From an uncultured delta proteobacterium (GTDB lineage: Bacteria; Desulfobacterota; Binatia; UBA9968), in the NCBI GenBank assembly GCA_963816145.1, contig CAWFJP010000013.1:1-64000 (forward strand): 64,000 bases of DNA, read 5' to 3'. The position numbers and the translations under genes were made by a program. Shown here piece after piece: positions 27,774-38,254 of the stretch. Within the stretch, counting starts at the first letter, position 1. Every line of letters begins with the position of its first letter. Under the pieces are notes generated by a model, which saw only the letters and a list, made by a program, of their open reading frames with translations, made no database searches and had not been told where the DNA came from.

Positions 27774-29060
27774 ATGGATAAAAAAGACATTATCGACAAG
27801 CAAAAAAAATATCTGTTCTCTTGCGTCGCGACTTACTACGACGAGCCGTTGGTCATCGACCATGCCAAGGATCATTCGGTGTTCGATGCCGACGGTAAAG
27901 AGTATTTGGATTTCTTCGGCGGCATCCTGACGGTCAGTGTCGGACATGTCAATGAAAAGGTTACCAAAGCGATCGACGAGCAGAATCGTAAATTCCAACA
28001 TATGTCGACGCTCTACGCCAATGAGCCGCAGGTCAATTTGGCTGAGAAGCTGGCCCAGATCACGCCCGGCCGATTGGAGAAATCGTTCTTTACCAACAGC
28101 GGCACGGAGGCGAACGAGACCGCGGTTTTGTTGGCGCAGATCTACACTAAATGCCAGGATGTTATTACCCTGCGCCACAGCTACAGTGGCCGTTCCTATT
28201 TAGCCCTGAGTTTATCGGCGCAGTCGAGTTGGCGGCTGATGCCCAATGTCGTTCCCGGTGTGCATCATATCGCCAACGCTTATTGCTATCGCTGTCCCTT
28301 CGGTCTGACTTATCCGAGCTGCGATTTGAAATGCGCCAAAGACGCCGAAGAGGCGATTCAGACCATGACATCGCAGGGGCGGGTGGCGGCGTTTCTTGCC
28401 GAACCGATTCAGGGGGTCGGCGGTTTCATCGTGCCGCCGAAAGAATATTTCAAAGAGATTGTCGGCATCGTGCGAAAATACGGCGGCCTGTTCATCGCCG
28501 ACGAGGTGCAGACCGGCTGGGGTCGCACCGGCGGCAAGATGTTCGGCATCGAGCATTGGGGAGTCGACCCCGATATCATGACTTTTGCCAAGGGCATGGC
28601 CAATGGCGTGCCCATCGGCGCGACCATCGCGACGCCGGAAGTCGCCGACAGTATGAAGGGCAATACGATCTCGACCTTCGGCGGCAACCCGGTCACGTGC
28701 ACGGCAGCGCATGCGACGATCAACGTCATCGAAGAGGAAAACCTGGTCGAAAACGCGCGGATTATGGGCAACCGTCTGCGCGAGGGATTGGATGCGTTGA
28801 AGGCCAAGTACCCGTTGATCGGCGATGTCCGCGGCATGGGCTTGATGCAGGGTATGGAATTGGTCGGCGATCAAAAGAAGCCCGATGCCGACAGCACCAA
28901 GCGGCTGATGGAATTGACCAAAAACAATGGTCTGTTGCTCGGCAAGGGCGGCACCTATGGCAACGTCATCCGGGTCGCGCCGTCGTTGAACGTCAATAAG
29001 GACGAAGTCGATCACGCGCTGACCGTGTTGGACCGCTCGTTTGGCCAGTTGGGGCAGTAG
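27774..29060 (+). CDS. class III PLP aminotransferase (AGXT2/GabT-like)
   Basis: EYLDFFGG, NSGTEANE, AEPIQG, DEVQTGWGRTG, FAKGMANG, TFGGNP. Confidence 0.92.
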   Translation: MDKKDIIDKQKKYLFSCVATYYDEPLVIDHAKDHSVFDADGKEYLDFFGGILTVSVGHVNEKVTKAIDEQNRKFQHMSTLYANEPQVNLAEKLAQITPGRLEKSFFTNSGTEANETAVLLAQIYTKCQDVITLRHSYSGRSYLALSLSAQSSWRLMPNVVPGVHHIANAYCYRCPFGLTYPSCDLKCAKDAEEAIQTMTSQGRVAAFLAEPIQGVGGFIVPPKEYFKEIVGIVRKYGGLFIADEVQTGWGRTGGKMFGIEHWGVDPDIMTFAKGMANGVPIGATIATPEVADSMKGNTISTFGGNPVTCTAAHATINVIEEENLVENARIMGNRLREGLDALKAKYPLIGDVRGMGLMQGMELVGDQKKPDADSTKRLMELTKNNGLLLGKGGTYGNVIRVAPSLNVNKDEVDHALTVLDRSFGQLGQ

Positions 29061-29122
29061 TGATATTCCTTTATGGCGAAAATCGGGTTGTTAAATAAGG
29101 CTGGTTTTAGCGCTGCTCCTTC

Positions 29123-30121
29123 ATGAACAAGCTCATTCGCAGATTTGTCGGTGCGATTCCCGTTCTATTAGCGATCTCTTTTCTGATTTTTCTCTTGGTG
29201 CATATCGCACCGGGAGATCCTGTCACCATGATGCTGGGCGACAACGCGACACCGGAAGACGTCGCTAGACTACGCGCCGAGCTGGGATTCGACAAACCGT
29301 TACTGATCCAGTACTGGGATTTCCTGTCGCGCGCCGTGCGCGGCGACTTTGGCCGTTCGCTCAAGTTTGGCGAGCCGGTGATAAAATTAATCGCCGAGCG
29401 GCTGCCGGCAACTTTGGAACTCGCTTTTGCGAGTCTATTCGTCGCCATTTTGATCGCTGTGCCGGTGGGCGTGTACTCGGCGATACGCCATAACTCACTC
29501 CTTGACCACGCCGGAATGAGTGTCGCTCTGATCGGCGTGTCGCTGCCGAATTTTTGGCTGGGTATCATGCTCATCTACTTTCTCGGCGGCCAGCTCAATC
29601 TTTTGCCGGTGGCTGGGCGCATTGAGTATGGCATCGAGATCAAATCGATTACCGGTCTTTATCTCCTCGATAGTTTGATAACCGGTAACTTTGCCGGCTT
29701 TGCCAGCGTCGCCAAACATCTATTGATGCCGGCATTTACGCTTGGCGCTGCTTTGGCGGCGATCGTCACCCGGATCTCGCGTTCGAGCGTGCTCGAAGTG
29801 ATGCGCCAGGATTACGTGACTACGGCGCGTGCCAAGGGTTTGAGCGAAAGGAGCGTGATCTGGCATCATATTCTCCGCAATGCCTTGATCACGATAGTGA
29901 CGATTCTCGGTCTGCAATTGGGCGCGTTGCTCAGCGGTTCGGTGGTGACCGAAACGGTTTTTTCCTACCCCGGCATCGGCGATCTGTTGATTCAGTCCAT
30001 TTCCGCGCGCGACTACAAACTCACACAAGTTTTGATTTTGATGTTCGCTGTGACTTACTTCGTGGTCAATTTATTGGTGGACTTTCTGTATAGTTGGATC
30101 GATCCGAGGATCAAGTTCTGA
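29123..30121 (+). CDS. peptide/nickel ABC transporter permease (DppB-like)
   Basis: PGDPV, ERLPATLEL, TARAKGL, ETVFSYPGIG, IDPRI. Confidence 0.92.
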   Translation: MNKLIRRFVGAIPVLLAISFLIFLLVHIAPGDPVTMMLGDNATPEDVARLRAELGFDKPLLIQYWDFLSRAVRGDFGRSLKFGEPVIKLIAERLPATLELAFASLFVAILIAVPVGVYSAIRHNSLLDHAGMSVALIGVSLPNFWLGIMLIYFLGGQLNLLPVAGRIEYGIEIKSITGLYLLDSLITGNFAGFASVAKHLLMPAFTLGAALAAIVTRISRSSVLEVMRQDYVTTARAKGLSERSVIWHHILRNALITIVTILGLQLGALLSGSVVTETVFSYPGIGDLLIQSISARDYKLTQVLILMFAVTYFVVNLLVDFLYSWIDPRIKF

Positions 30122-30960
30122 TGATTTCTATACGCCATCTGAAACTTTGGGTCGGCGGCGCGATCTTAGCGCTTCTGGTCGTCTGCGGCGTCGCCGCGCC
30201 GCTGATCGCGCCGCGCGACCCGCAAGCGCAAACATTGGAGGATCGGCTGCGCCCACCGCGCTGGACCGACAACGGGATGCCGGCCTATTTTCTCGGCACC
30301 GACAATTTGGGCCGCGACATGTTGAGCCGGATCGTTTACGGCTCGCGGATTTCGTTGATGGTCGGCGCGGCGACGGTGATCTTCGCCGGCATCGTCGGTT
30401 GCACTCTCGGCGCCATTGCCGGCTACTTTGGCAGCACCGCCGATGAAATCGTCAGCAAGATATCTGAGATATTTCTGGCTTTTCCGTTTCTTTTGATCGC
30501 CATCGCCATCATGGCGTTTCTCGGCCAAGGGGTTGGTAATCTGATCATGGCGCTGATGCTGAGCCGCTGGGTGCAGTATTGCCGGGTGGTGCGCGGCGAA
30601 GTGTTGTCGTTAAAAGAGCGCGATTTCATCACCGCGGCTAAAGCGCTCGGCGCCAGAGATGCCTATGTCATCTTCCGTCATGTGATTCCCAATACCGTGG
30701 CGAGTGTCACGGTGATCGCGACCTTCGGCATGGCCATCGTCATCATCACCGAGGCGAGCTTGAGTTTCCTTGGTCTGGGGGTGCCGGTGCATATTCCGAC
30801 TTGGGGATCGATGCTTGCGGAGGGGCGAAGCTACATCAACCGGGCGCCTTGGTTGACGATTTTCCCCGGCCTGGCGATTTTTATCACCGTGTTCGGCATC
30901 AATCTTTTGGGCGATGGGTTGCGGGATATTTTCGATCCCAAGCTGCGGCGGCAGCGATAG
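30121..30960 (+). CDS. peptide/nickel ABC transporter permease (DppC-like)
   Basis: LGTDNLGRD, EASLSFLGLG, NLLGDGLRD; TGATG coupling with the upstream gene. Confidence 0.92.
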   Translation: MISIRHLKLWVGGAILALLVVCGVAAPLIAPRDPQAQTLEDRLRPPRWTDNGMPAYFLGTDNLGRDMLSRIVYGSRISLMVGAATVIFAGIVGCTLGAIAGYFGSTADEIVSKISEIFLAFPFLLIAIAIMAFLGQGVGNLIMALMLSRWVQYCRVVRGEVLSLKERDFITAAKALGARDAYVIFRHVIPNTVASVTVIATFGMAIVIITEASLSFLGLGVPVHIPTWGSMLAEGRSYINRAPWLTIFPGLAIFITVFGINLLGDGLRDIFDPKLRRQR

Positions 30961-30970
30961 AAACACCAGT

Positions 30971-31005
30971 AATGGAGAATTGATAATTGAAAATGGAAAA
31001 TGAAA
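30971..31005. repeat. 7-mer tandem repeat x5 (same family as 22610)
   Basis: aatggag aattgat aattgaa aatggaa aatgaaa. Confidence 0.6.
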
Positions 31006-31026
31006 GAATTCTCCGGAGGAACAATA

Positions 31027-32559
31027 ATGAATAGCAATATGAACCGGCGTGAGTTCTTGAAAAAAAGCGCGACTGTAGCGGCCGGCACCGCGTTGGGTCC
31101 CTGTTTTTTGCGCCAGGCCCAGGCCGCGTCGCGGGATCGGGTGACTATTTTTCATTCGAGCGTGGCTGATTCCATAAATCCTTATAACCATAGCTCCAGC
31201 CCGATTTACGGCAATTGGCAGCATGTCATCGAGCCGTTGGTCGACTTCGATGGCGGCCGCAAAGATTACATTCCCGTGCTCGCTGAGTCGTGGCAATTCC
31301 AGGGCAACAAATGGGTTTTAAAATTGCGCAAAGGCGTCAAGTTTCACAACGGCGCGACGTTCACGTCCAAGGACGTCGTCTTTTCCGTTGAAAAAATGCG
31401 AGACGAAAAAGGCGGCAGCTTGCAAGCGTCCAATTTTACGGATGTTAGCGAAATTCAGACGCCGGACGAATATACAGTGGTGTTCGTCACTAAACAGCCC
31501 AATGCGGTATTTCTCGATCGACTCAACAACCGCTTTATGCTGAGCAAAGAAGCGGGGGACAAGTTCGGGGATAAGATTTATGAAAATCTTATTGGCACGG
31601 GGCCCTATAAATTTGTCAGCTACCAGCGCGGTGGCAATTTGGTTTTCACCCGCAACGACAACTACTGGGGCGGCAAGGCGGATATCAAAGAAGTCATTTT
31701 CAAAAAAGTCACTGAAGACGCGGCGCGAATTGCGGCCTTGGAATCTGGCCAAGCAGATTTCATCAACAACGTGCCTGACCATGAGGTGGCGCGGCTAAAA
31801 AAACATCCGCGGGTGCGCATCGATCAACTTGAAGGGTTGCGCATGTTTTTCCTGGCGATCAACTTCACTTTCAAACCCTGGGACAACAAGCTGGTCCGCC
31901 AAGCGGCCAATTATGCGGTCGATGCGCCGGCGATCGTTCGCAATATCTTCGACGGCATCGGTTATCCCTGCAATGGGCCGGTAGGCGCCAACGTGCTCGG
32001 CGCCGATCCGAAATTGAAGCGCTACCCGTATAATCCACAAAAATCGAAGGAGCTATTGGCGCAAGCCGGCTATCCCAACGGCCTCGATATCCAGTTTTAC
32101 TATTCCCCGGGACGCTACCCGAAAGACCGGGAAGTGTGTCAGGTTGTCGCGGCGCAGATGGCTAAAGGGGGTTTCCGCGTCGAGCTGATTTCCCAAGAAT
32201 GGGCGCTGTTTTGGGACAGGCAGGGGGTCAACGGCGGCAGGCTACCGTTCTATTACATCGGCCGGGGTGGTTTGACCGACGCCGATACGCTCTATGATCA
32301 GTATTTTCGCACTGGCACAACTAAACGCACGAACTACAGCAACCCGGAGTACGACAAGGTCATCGATGAGCAGCAAAAGACCCCGGACAGCAAGAAACGC
32401 ATTCAACTGCTGCAACAGGCGGGGAAAATCCTCATGGACGAAGCGGTCTTCATTCCGCTTTATAATCTCGCCGACATTTACGGTCTGGCGAAGAATCTAG
32501 AGTGGAAAAAACGCGCTGACGAAAAGGTCAAAGCTTGGGATATGAAAATCAAGGCTTAG
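31027..32559 (+). CDS. family 5 ABC substrate-binding protein, Tat signal (copy 1)
   Basis: NRREFLK, LAESW, LRKGVKFHNG, IGTGPYKF. Confidence 0.9.
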   Translation: MNSNMNRREFLKKSATVAAGTALGPCFLRQAQAASRDRVTIFHSSVADSINPYNHSSSPIYGNWQHVIEPLVDFDGGRKDYIPVLAESWQFQGNKWVLKLRKGVKFHNGATFTSKDVVFSVEKMRDEKGGSLQASNFTDVSEIQTPDEYTVVFVTKQPNAVFLDRLNNRFMLSKEAGDKFGDKIYENLIGTGPYKFVSYQRGGNLVFTRNDNYWGGKADIKEVIFKKVTEDAARIAALESGQADFINNVPDHEVARLKKHPRVRIDQLEGLRMFFLAINFTFKPWDNKLVRQAANYAVDAPAIVRNIFDGIGYPCNGPVGANVLGADPKLKRYPYNPQKSKELLAQAGYPNGLDIQFYYSPGRYPKDREVCQVVAAQMAKGGFRVELISQEWALFWDRQGVNGGRLPFYYIGRGGLTDADTLYDQYFRTGTTKRTNYSNPEYDKVIDEQQKTPDSKKRIQLLQQAGKILMDEAVFIPLYNLADIYGLAKNLEWKKRADEKVKAWDMKIKA

Positions 32560-32617
32560 CGCACGTGGCTATTGGGTTGGAGAAAAATCCACGATCATTG
32601 GCAAAGGGGTATCATTT

Positions 32618-34150
32618 ATGAGTTCCAAACGAAGCGGCATCAACCGAAGAGATTTTCTGAAACAAAGCGCCATCGCCGGCGTTGGCGCTTTGGCGAGCAC
32701 GGGTTTGGCCAAATTCAGCTATGCCGCGTCGAAGGAGCGGCTCACGGTGTTGAGCAGCATCGGCCTTGATACGCTACATCCTTATGCGCATAGCTCCAGC
32801 CCGCAGTACGGTATCTGGAATAACATGATCGAGCCGTTGGTCGAAGTCGACTACGTCAAGAAAGATTACTACGGGGTCCTCGCTGAGTCTTGGCAATTCC
32901 AAGGCAAGAAGTGGGTAATTACGCTGCGCAAGAACATCCGTTTCCACGATGCCAGCCTGTTCACTGCGAAGGATGTCGTTTATTCCATTAACCGCATGAA
33001 AAATGACAAGCTCAGTCTGCAAAAGGAAAATTTTCGCGACTTCACCGAAGTGCAGGCCGCCGACGATTACACCGTGATCATCACCACCGAACAGCCCGTG
33101 GCGGTGATGATGGATCGTTTGCAGAACCGCTTCATCCTCAGTAAATCCGGCATGGAAGCCCAAGGTGACGGCGCCGAGGTTAAGCCCATCGGCACCGGTC
33201 CGTACAAATTTCAGAGCTGGCAGCGCGACGGCAATCTGGTGATGGTGCGCAACGATAGTTATTGGCGCGCCAAGCCGTCGATTCGAGAAATAGTTTTGCG
33301 CCGCGTCAAAGAGGACTCCGCGCGTGTTGCCGGCCTCCTCGCCGGCCAGGGCGATGTCACCAACAACGTGCCGGTGGAAGAGCTGGCGCGCTTCGACAAC
33401 CATCCGCGCGTGCGCGCCGAGAAAGTCGAAGGTGTGCGCATGTATTTTCTGGCGATGAATGTGACGCACAAGCCCTTCGACAACAAACTGGTGCGCCAGG
33501 CGATCAATTACGCCGTCGATCCGACGGCGATCATAAAATACGTCTACGAGGGCAATGGCTATTTGATGAACGGGCCCTTGGGCTCGAACGTCATCGGTTT
33601 CGATCCGAAGATCAAACGCTACCCCTTGGACCTTAACAAGGCTAAGGAACTGATGACCAAGGCGGGTTTCCCGAACGGCTTGGAAACCAAGCTTTACTTC
33701 TCGCCAGATCGTTATCCCAAAGCCAAAGAGGTTTGCCAGGTTATTGCCGACCAACTAGCTAAGGTCGGTATCAAAGCCGAGTTAATCTCTCAAGAATTTG
33801 TCATCTTCTGGGGCAAAGAAGGGGTGAACGGCGGCAAGCTGGGCTTTTATTACGTCGGACGCCCCGCGGCCGATGCCGATACGGTTTACGATCAATACTT
33901 CCGCTCAGGTGTCAGCCCACGCATCCAATATAAAAACCCTGAGTTCGACAAGCTTGCCGACGAAGAGCAGAAAAACGGAGATCCCAAAAAGCGCCTGGCT
34001 ATATTGCAGCAGATGGGACGCATTTTGATGGACGACGTGCCCTTCTGTCCCCTGTACACGCTGGCGGAAATTTACGGTGTCGCCCGGAACATCAATTGGA
34101 AAGCCAGACCCGATGAGAAGCTGCTTTACGCGGACATGAAGATTCGCTAA
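32618..34150 (+). CDS. family 5 ABC substrate-binding protein, Tat signal (copy 2)
   Basis: NRRDFLK, LAESW, IGTGPYKF, VRQAINYAVD. Confidence 0.9.
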   Translation: MSSKRSGINRRDFLKQSAIAGVGALASTGLAKFSYAASKERLTVLSSIGLDTLHPYAHSSSPQYGIWNNMIEPLVEVDYVKKDYYGVLAESWQFQGKKWVITLRKNIRFHDASLFTAKDVVYSINRMKNDKLSLQKENFRDFTEVQAADDYTVIITTEQPVAVMMDRLQNRFILSKSGMEAQGDGAEVKPIGTGPYKFQSWQRDGNLVMVRNDSYWRAKPSIREIVLRRVKEDSARVAGLLAGQGDVTNNVPVEELARFDNHPRVRAEKVEGVRMYFLAMNVTHKPFDNKLVRQAINYAVDPTAIIKYVYEGNGYLMNGPLGSNVIGFDPKIKRYPLDLNKAKELMTKAGFPNGLETKLYFSPDRYPKAKEVCQVIADQLAKVGIKAELISQEFVIFWGKEGVNGGKLGFYYVGRPAADADTVYDQYFRSGVSPRIQYKNPEFDKLADEEQKNGDPKKRLAILQQMGRILMDDVPFCPLYTLAEIYGVARNINWKARPDEKLLYADMKIR

Positions 34151-34189
34151 CGCCGTTGGTGTGACGCCTTGAAGCCAGGAGATTTAGCC

Positions 34190-35725
34190 ATGAAACGAGA
34201 TACAGTCGAGTTCGATCGCCGGAAATTTCTCAAGTTCGGTGTGCTCGCCGGTGCCGGCGCGTTGGCCAACTCGGTCTGCCCCGGCTCGAGCTGGTCGGCA
34301 TCGAGGGACCGCTTGACGATCCTCAGCAGCGTTGCCCTCGATAACTTGCATCCCTACGCTTACAGCTCCGGGCCGCAGTACGGCATCTGGTACAACATGA
34401 CTGAGCCCTTGGTCGATGTCGATTTCGCTAAGCGTAATTACTTCGGTGTGCTTGCCGAGTCTTGGGAGTTTCAGGGTAAAAAGTGGATCTTCAAGCTGCG
34501 TAAGAACGTGCGTTTTCACGACGGTAGCCGGTTTACCGCGGCCGACGTGATTTACTCATTTAACCGGGTGAAGAACGACAAACAGAGCCTGCAGAAAGAA
34601 AACTTTCGCGATCTGGTCGAGATGCAAGCGCTTGATGACCATACCATCGCCTTTGTTACCGAAGCGCCTAACGCGGTTTTTCTCGACCGGCTGGAGAATC
34701 GCTTCGTCATCAGCAAAAGCGCCACCGAAGCGCAGGGCGGCGAGCCCGGCGAACAGAAGCCGGTAGGTACGGGACCCTACCGCTTCGTCAGTTGGCAGCG
34801 CGAAGGCAATTTGGTCATGACCCGCCATGAAAATTATTGGGGCGTGAAAGCGGCGGTCAAAGAGATCGTGCTTCGGCGAGTGCGCGAGGACGCCGGGCGG
34901 GTGGCCGGCTTGCTCGCCGGGCAGGGCGATGTCATCAACAACGTGCCTGTCGAAGAGCTGTCGCGTTTCGATAAGCATCCCAAGGTCAGAGCGGAAACGG
35001 TCGAAGGCCAGCGGATGTATTTCCTGGCCATGAACGTAACCCACAAACCTTTCGACAATAAATTGGTCCGCCAAGCGATCAACTACGCCGTCGACCCGAC
35101 GACGATCATCAAACATATTTACGAGGGTAACGGCTACGTGATGAACGGGCCGATGGGCTCGAAAGTGATCGGCTTCGACCCCAAGATCAAACGTTACCCT
35201 GTAGATTTGAAGAAGGCCAAAGAGCTCCTCGACAAGGCGGGATTTCCCAATGGCCTGGAAGTGAAACTCTACTTTTCGCCGGATCGATATCCGAAAGCCA
35301 AGGAAGTCTGCCAAGTGATAGCCGACCAGCTTTCGAAGATCGGTATCAAGGTTGAGCTAGTCTCGCAGGAGTTCGCGGTCTTTTGGGGCAAAGAGTGGGT
35401 TAACGGCGGCAAGTCGCCCTTTTACTATGTCGGCCGGCCGGCCACCGACGCCGATACGGTTTACGATCAATACTATCGCTCCGGCGTGAGCCCAAGAATT
35501 CAATACAAGAATCCAGAGTTCGATAAAATCATCGACGAGGAACAGCGCACTGGCGATTCCAAAAAGCGCGTTGCCTTGTTGCATCAAGCCGGGCGTATCC
35601 TGATGGAAGATGTCCCGTTCGTGCCGCTCTACACATTGGCAGAGATCTACGGTACAGCGCGCAATGTCGGCTGGAACGCCAGACCCGATGAAAAAATCCT
35701 CGCCGGAACGATGAAGATCGTTTGA
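34190..35725 (+). CDS. family 5 ABC substrate-binding protein, Tat signal (copy 3)
   Basis: DRRKFLK, LAESW, VGTGPYRF; close paralog of copy 2. Confidence 0.9.
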   Translation: MKRDTVEFDRRKFLKFGVLAGAGALANSVCPGSSWSASRDRLTILSSVALDNLHPYAYSSGPQYGIWYNMTEPLVDVDFAKRNYFGVLAESWEFQGKKWIFKLRKNVRFHDGSRFTAADVIYSFNRVKNDKQSLQKENFRDLVEMQALDDHTIAFVTEAPNAVFLDRLENRFVISKSATEAQGGEPGEQKPVGTGPYRFVSWQREGNLVMTRHENYWGVKAAVKEIVLRRVREDAGRVAGLLAGQGDVINNVPVEELSRFDKHPKVRAETVEGQRMYFLAMNVTHKPFDNKLVRQAINYAVDPTTIIKHIYEGNGYVMNGPMGSKVIGFDPKIKRYPVDLKKAKELLDKAGFPNGLEVKLYFSPDRYPKAKEVCQVIADQLSKIGIKVELVSQEFAVFWGKEWVNGGKSPFYYVGRPATDADTVYDQYYRSGVSPRIQYKNPEFDKIIDEEQRTGDSKKRVALLHQAGRILMEDVPFVPLYTLAEIYGTARNVGWNARPDEKILAGTMKIV

Positions 35726-35914
35726 GGCGTCGCCAAGCACAGCGATTGTCCATCCTTGGCAATGTTGCCGCTGAACAAGAGGCTGCGTCTTTGTCCATGG
35801 TGGAGTGGTTGAAAAGTGCTCCTACCTTCCGACGAGAATGTTTGCCGTTCGCACAAAAATGCACGGCGACAACAACGATTCATAGAAAATTAGAGAATCC
35901 TTCGCACCATTCCT

Positions 35915-35930
35915 TGGCATGCCCGTTGCT
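35915..35930 (+). promoter_or_regulatory. sigma54 (-24/-12) promoter
   Basis: TGGCATGCCCGTTGCT, GG-N10-GC. Confidence 0.65.
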
Positions 35931-35944
35931 CCTTGGTTCTCCCT

Positions 35945-36490
35945 ATGGCAACAGGGCTTCTCAACACAGTACCGCCGGCGCCGGCAAGGATGCGCTATGC
36001 TTCGACTTTGCGCTGCTTTGGCCAGTTTCTCGATGGCATGGAACTCAAGGCGCTGGAAGTCAAAACTCACAACGATGACTATATTCTGCAGGCGTGGAAC
36101 AAGGGCACATCGATGGCGATGGACTTGGAAAAGCATTTCACCCCAGAGGACGTGCTGAAACTCGAGGCGGAAAAGCGCGCCAATCGCAAGCCATTTTCGG
36201 GCCCGCCCAATATGCTGAGTCTGCCGCAAGTTCTGCGCCTGGCTGGCAATTATGTCGACCGCATGCATGGGCGGCTGGTGCGGGTGTCGTGGCAAGACCA
36301 ATCGGACAAGATCCAATCGATCACGGTGCAGTGGGAAGCGAGCCAGGCTGGCCGGGAAACGGTTGAATCACAATTGGCCGTCATCGAAGAGCTGTGCATT
36401 CACATCTACAAGCAGCGCAAGAAAATCAACTTGGCTTCCGAACGCCAAGGGAACCGGCCCTTCGTCAGCGTCGGCAAGGTGAACAGTTAA
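35945..36490 (+). CDS. hypothetical protein with an internal two-fold repeat
   Basis: YASTLRCFGQFLD and LPQVLRLAGNYVD half-repeats; fills the gap between the promoter and the terminator. Confidence 0.7.
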   Translation: MATGLLNTVPPAPARMRYASTLRCFGQFLDGMELKALEVKTHNDDYILQAWNKGTSMAMDLEKHFTPEDVLKLEAEKRANRKPFSGPPNMLSLPQVLRLAGNYVDRMHGRLVRVSWQDQSDKIQSITVQWEASQAGRETVESQLAVIEELCIHIYKQRKKINLASERQGNRPFVSVGKVNS

Positions 36491-36518
36491 GTCCCAAGCT
36501 TGCCAGAATTTGACTGCC

Positions 36519-36552
36519 GAAAAAGAAGGGCGGCCCAGCGGCCGCCCTTCTT
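36519..36552 (-). terminator. intrinsic terminator (possibly bidirectional)
   Basis: aagaagggcggcc-cagc-ggccgcccttctt, 13-bp stem with U-run on the minus strand. Confidence 0.8.
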
Positions 36553-36570
36553 GCATTCTGCGCATGCTGC

Positions 36571-38214
36571 CTACGCTTGGTACTTCACTTCACCGCCGAC
36601 CATAGTCATCTCGACCTTAAGTTCTCGAATCTTCTCGGGTTGGACCGCGAACGGGTCCTCGGCGAGGACGGCGATGTCGGCGAGCTTGCCCGCTTCGAGG
36701 GTTCCTTTGTCGTTTTCTTCAAAGCCGACCCAGGACGCGGTGGTCGTGTGCATGGCGAAAGCTTCGGCGACGGTAATTTTTTCCTCGGGGATCCACACTT
36801 CCCCCCAGCGCATTTTACGCGACGCGGCGGTAGCGATGTCGCGCAGCGGATCCACCGGCCAATACCCCGGCGAGTCGGAACCGCCGGACATGATGACGCC
36901 GTTTTTCAGCAGCGTGTGAAACGGAAAAGCTTTGGTCAGCCGCCGTTCGCCGACGCAATCGAGAATCGCGTCGCCGATGTAATACGCAAAGGCGATATTC
37001 GGCACGGCGACGATGCCCGAGCGCACCATGCGGCCAATCAACTTCGGCGTGGCGAGCCAGTTGCCCATATGCTCGATGCGATGCCGATGATCTTTGCGCG
37101 GCGAATGTTCGATGGCGTTCTCATAGGCGTCGAGCGCCATGTCGAAGGCTTTGTCGCCGATGGCATGAACGCAGCAGCGCAGGCCAGCGTCGTGGCAAAC
37201 CTGCACGGTGTGATTCAATTCATCCTGCTGGATTCTGATAATGCCGTGGTTATGCTGGTCGTTTTCATAGGGCTCGTGAAAGCAGGCGTTGCGACCGGTG
37301 ATACCGCCGTCGATGCTCATTTTCACACCGCCGATGCGCAGCCACTCGTTGCCGAAGCCCGTGATGAGACCGAGATCGGTCAGGGCCTTGGTCTCGATCA
37401 TCGACTCGATGACGCGCGGCAGGATGCTCACCCGGGCGTTCATGCGCCCTTCCTTATAGAGTTCCTGGTAAGCGCGCACCGGTTCGGCGTAGCGGACAAT
37501 GTCATGCACGGTGGTGACGCCGCGTTGGAGGCATTGATTGAGCGCGAAAACGATGCCGTCTTTCAACTGCAAGTAATTAAATTCCGGCGCGACTTTTTTC
37601 AGAATCAGCTGCGCCCGTTCATGGAGTTCGCCGGTGGGTTCGCCGGTCTGTGGATCATGCTTGATATGGCCGCCGGCCGGATCGGGGGTGTCGCGGGTGA
37701 TTTTTGCTGCGGCGAGCGCCAACGAATTGCCGATGGTGACATGGGCGCCGAACGAGATCGACACCGGATGGTCCGGCACAGCGCGGTCAAGGTCATGTTT
37801 ATCGGGGAAACGATGGTCGCTGATGCGAAAATCCTGCATTGGGCTGCCATGAGCTACCAACCACGAGCCTTTCGGGGCGCTGGCCGCGGCATTGGCTAGC
37901 CGCTGCAAAATATCCGCTACCGAATTGACATCGACATAGAAGTCCCGGCAGTCGACCAGTTCCATTTCCGCCGTGCCTTTTTCCGAAAGGTGCACATGGG
38001 TGTCGGTGAGGCCGGGAATCGCGATACGTCCCTTGAGATCGATCATCTCGGTGTCGGGACCGGCGAAGCGGCGAATGTCCTCGAGTTTCCCGGTGGCGAC
38101 AATCCGCGATCCCGAGCAGGCGAGCGCTTCGCAGGTCGAGGTTTCTGTCTGAAAGGTGCGGATTTTGCCGTTGAAAAGAATCGTATTGGGATAAGGCAGC
38201 GGTCGAGAATTCAT
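36571..38214 (-). CDS. amidohydrolase_3 (YtcJ-like) family protein
   Basis: PGLTDTHVH, KMSIDGG, HAIGD, RHRIEH, GSDSP, KGTLEAGKLADIAVL. Confidence 0.92.
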   Translation of the reverse strand: MNSRPLPYPNTILFNGKIRTFQTETSTCEALACSGSRIVATGKLEDIRRFAGPDTEMIDLKGRIAIPGLTDTHVHLSEKGTAEMELVDCRDFYVDVNSVADILQRLANAAASAPKGSWLVAHGSPMQDFRISDHRFPDKHDLDRAVPDHPVSISFGAHVTIGNSLALAAAKITRDTPDPAGGHIKHDPQTGEPTGELHERAQLILKKVAPEFNYLQLKDGIVFALNQCLQRGVTTVHDIVRYAEPVRAYQELYKEGRMNARVSILPRVIESMIETKALTDLGLITGFGNEWLRIGGVKMSIDGGITGRNACFHEPYENDQHNHGIIRIQQDELNHTVQVCHDAGLRCCVHAIGDKAFDMALDAYENAIEHSPRKDHRHRIEHMGNWLATPKLIGRMVRSGIVAVPNIAFAYYIGDAILDCVGERRLTKAFPFHTLLKNGVIMSGGSDSPGYWPVDPLRDIATAASRKMRWGEVWIPEEKITVAEAFAMHTTTASWVGFEENDKGTLEAGKLADIAVLAEDPFAVQPEKIRELKVEMTMVGGEVKYQA

Positions 38215-38254
38215 TAGATGACTCCTTAATCAAATTGCTTGCCGTTGACGGCGG

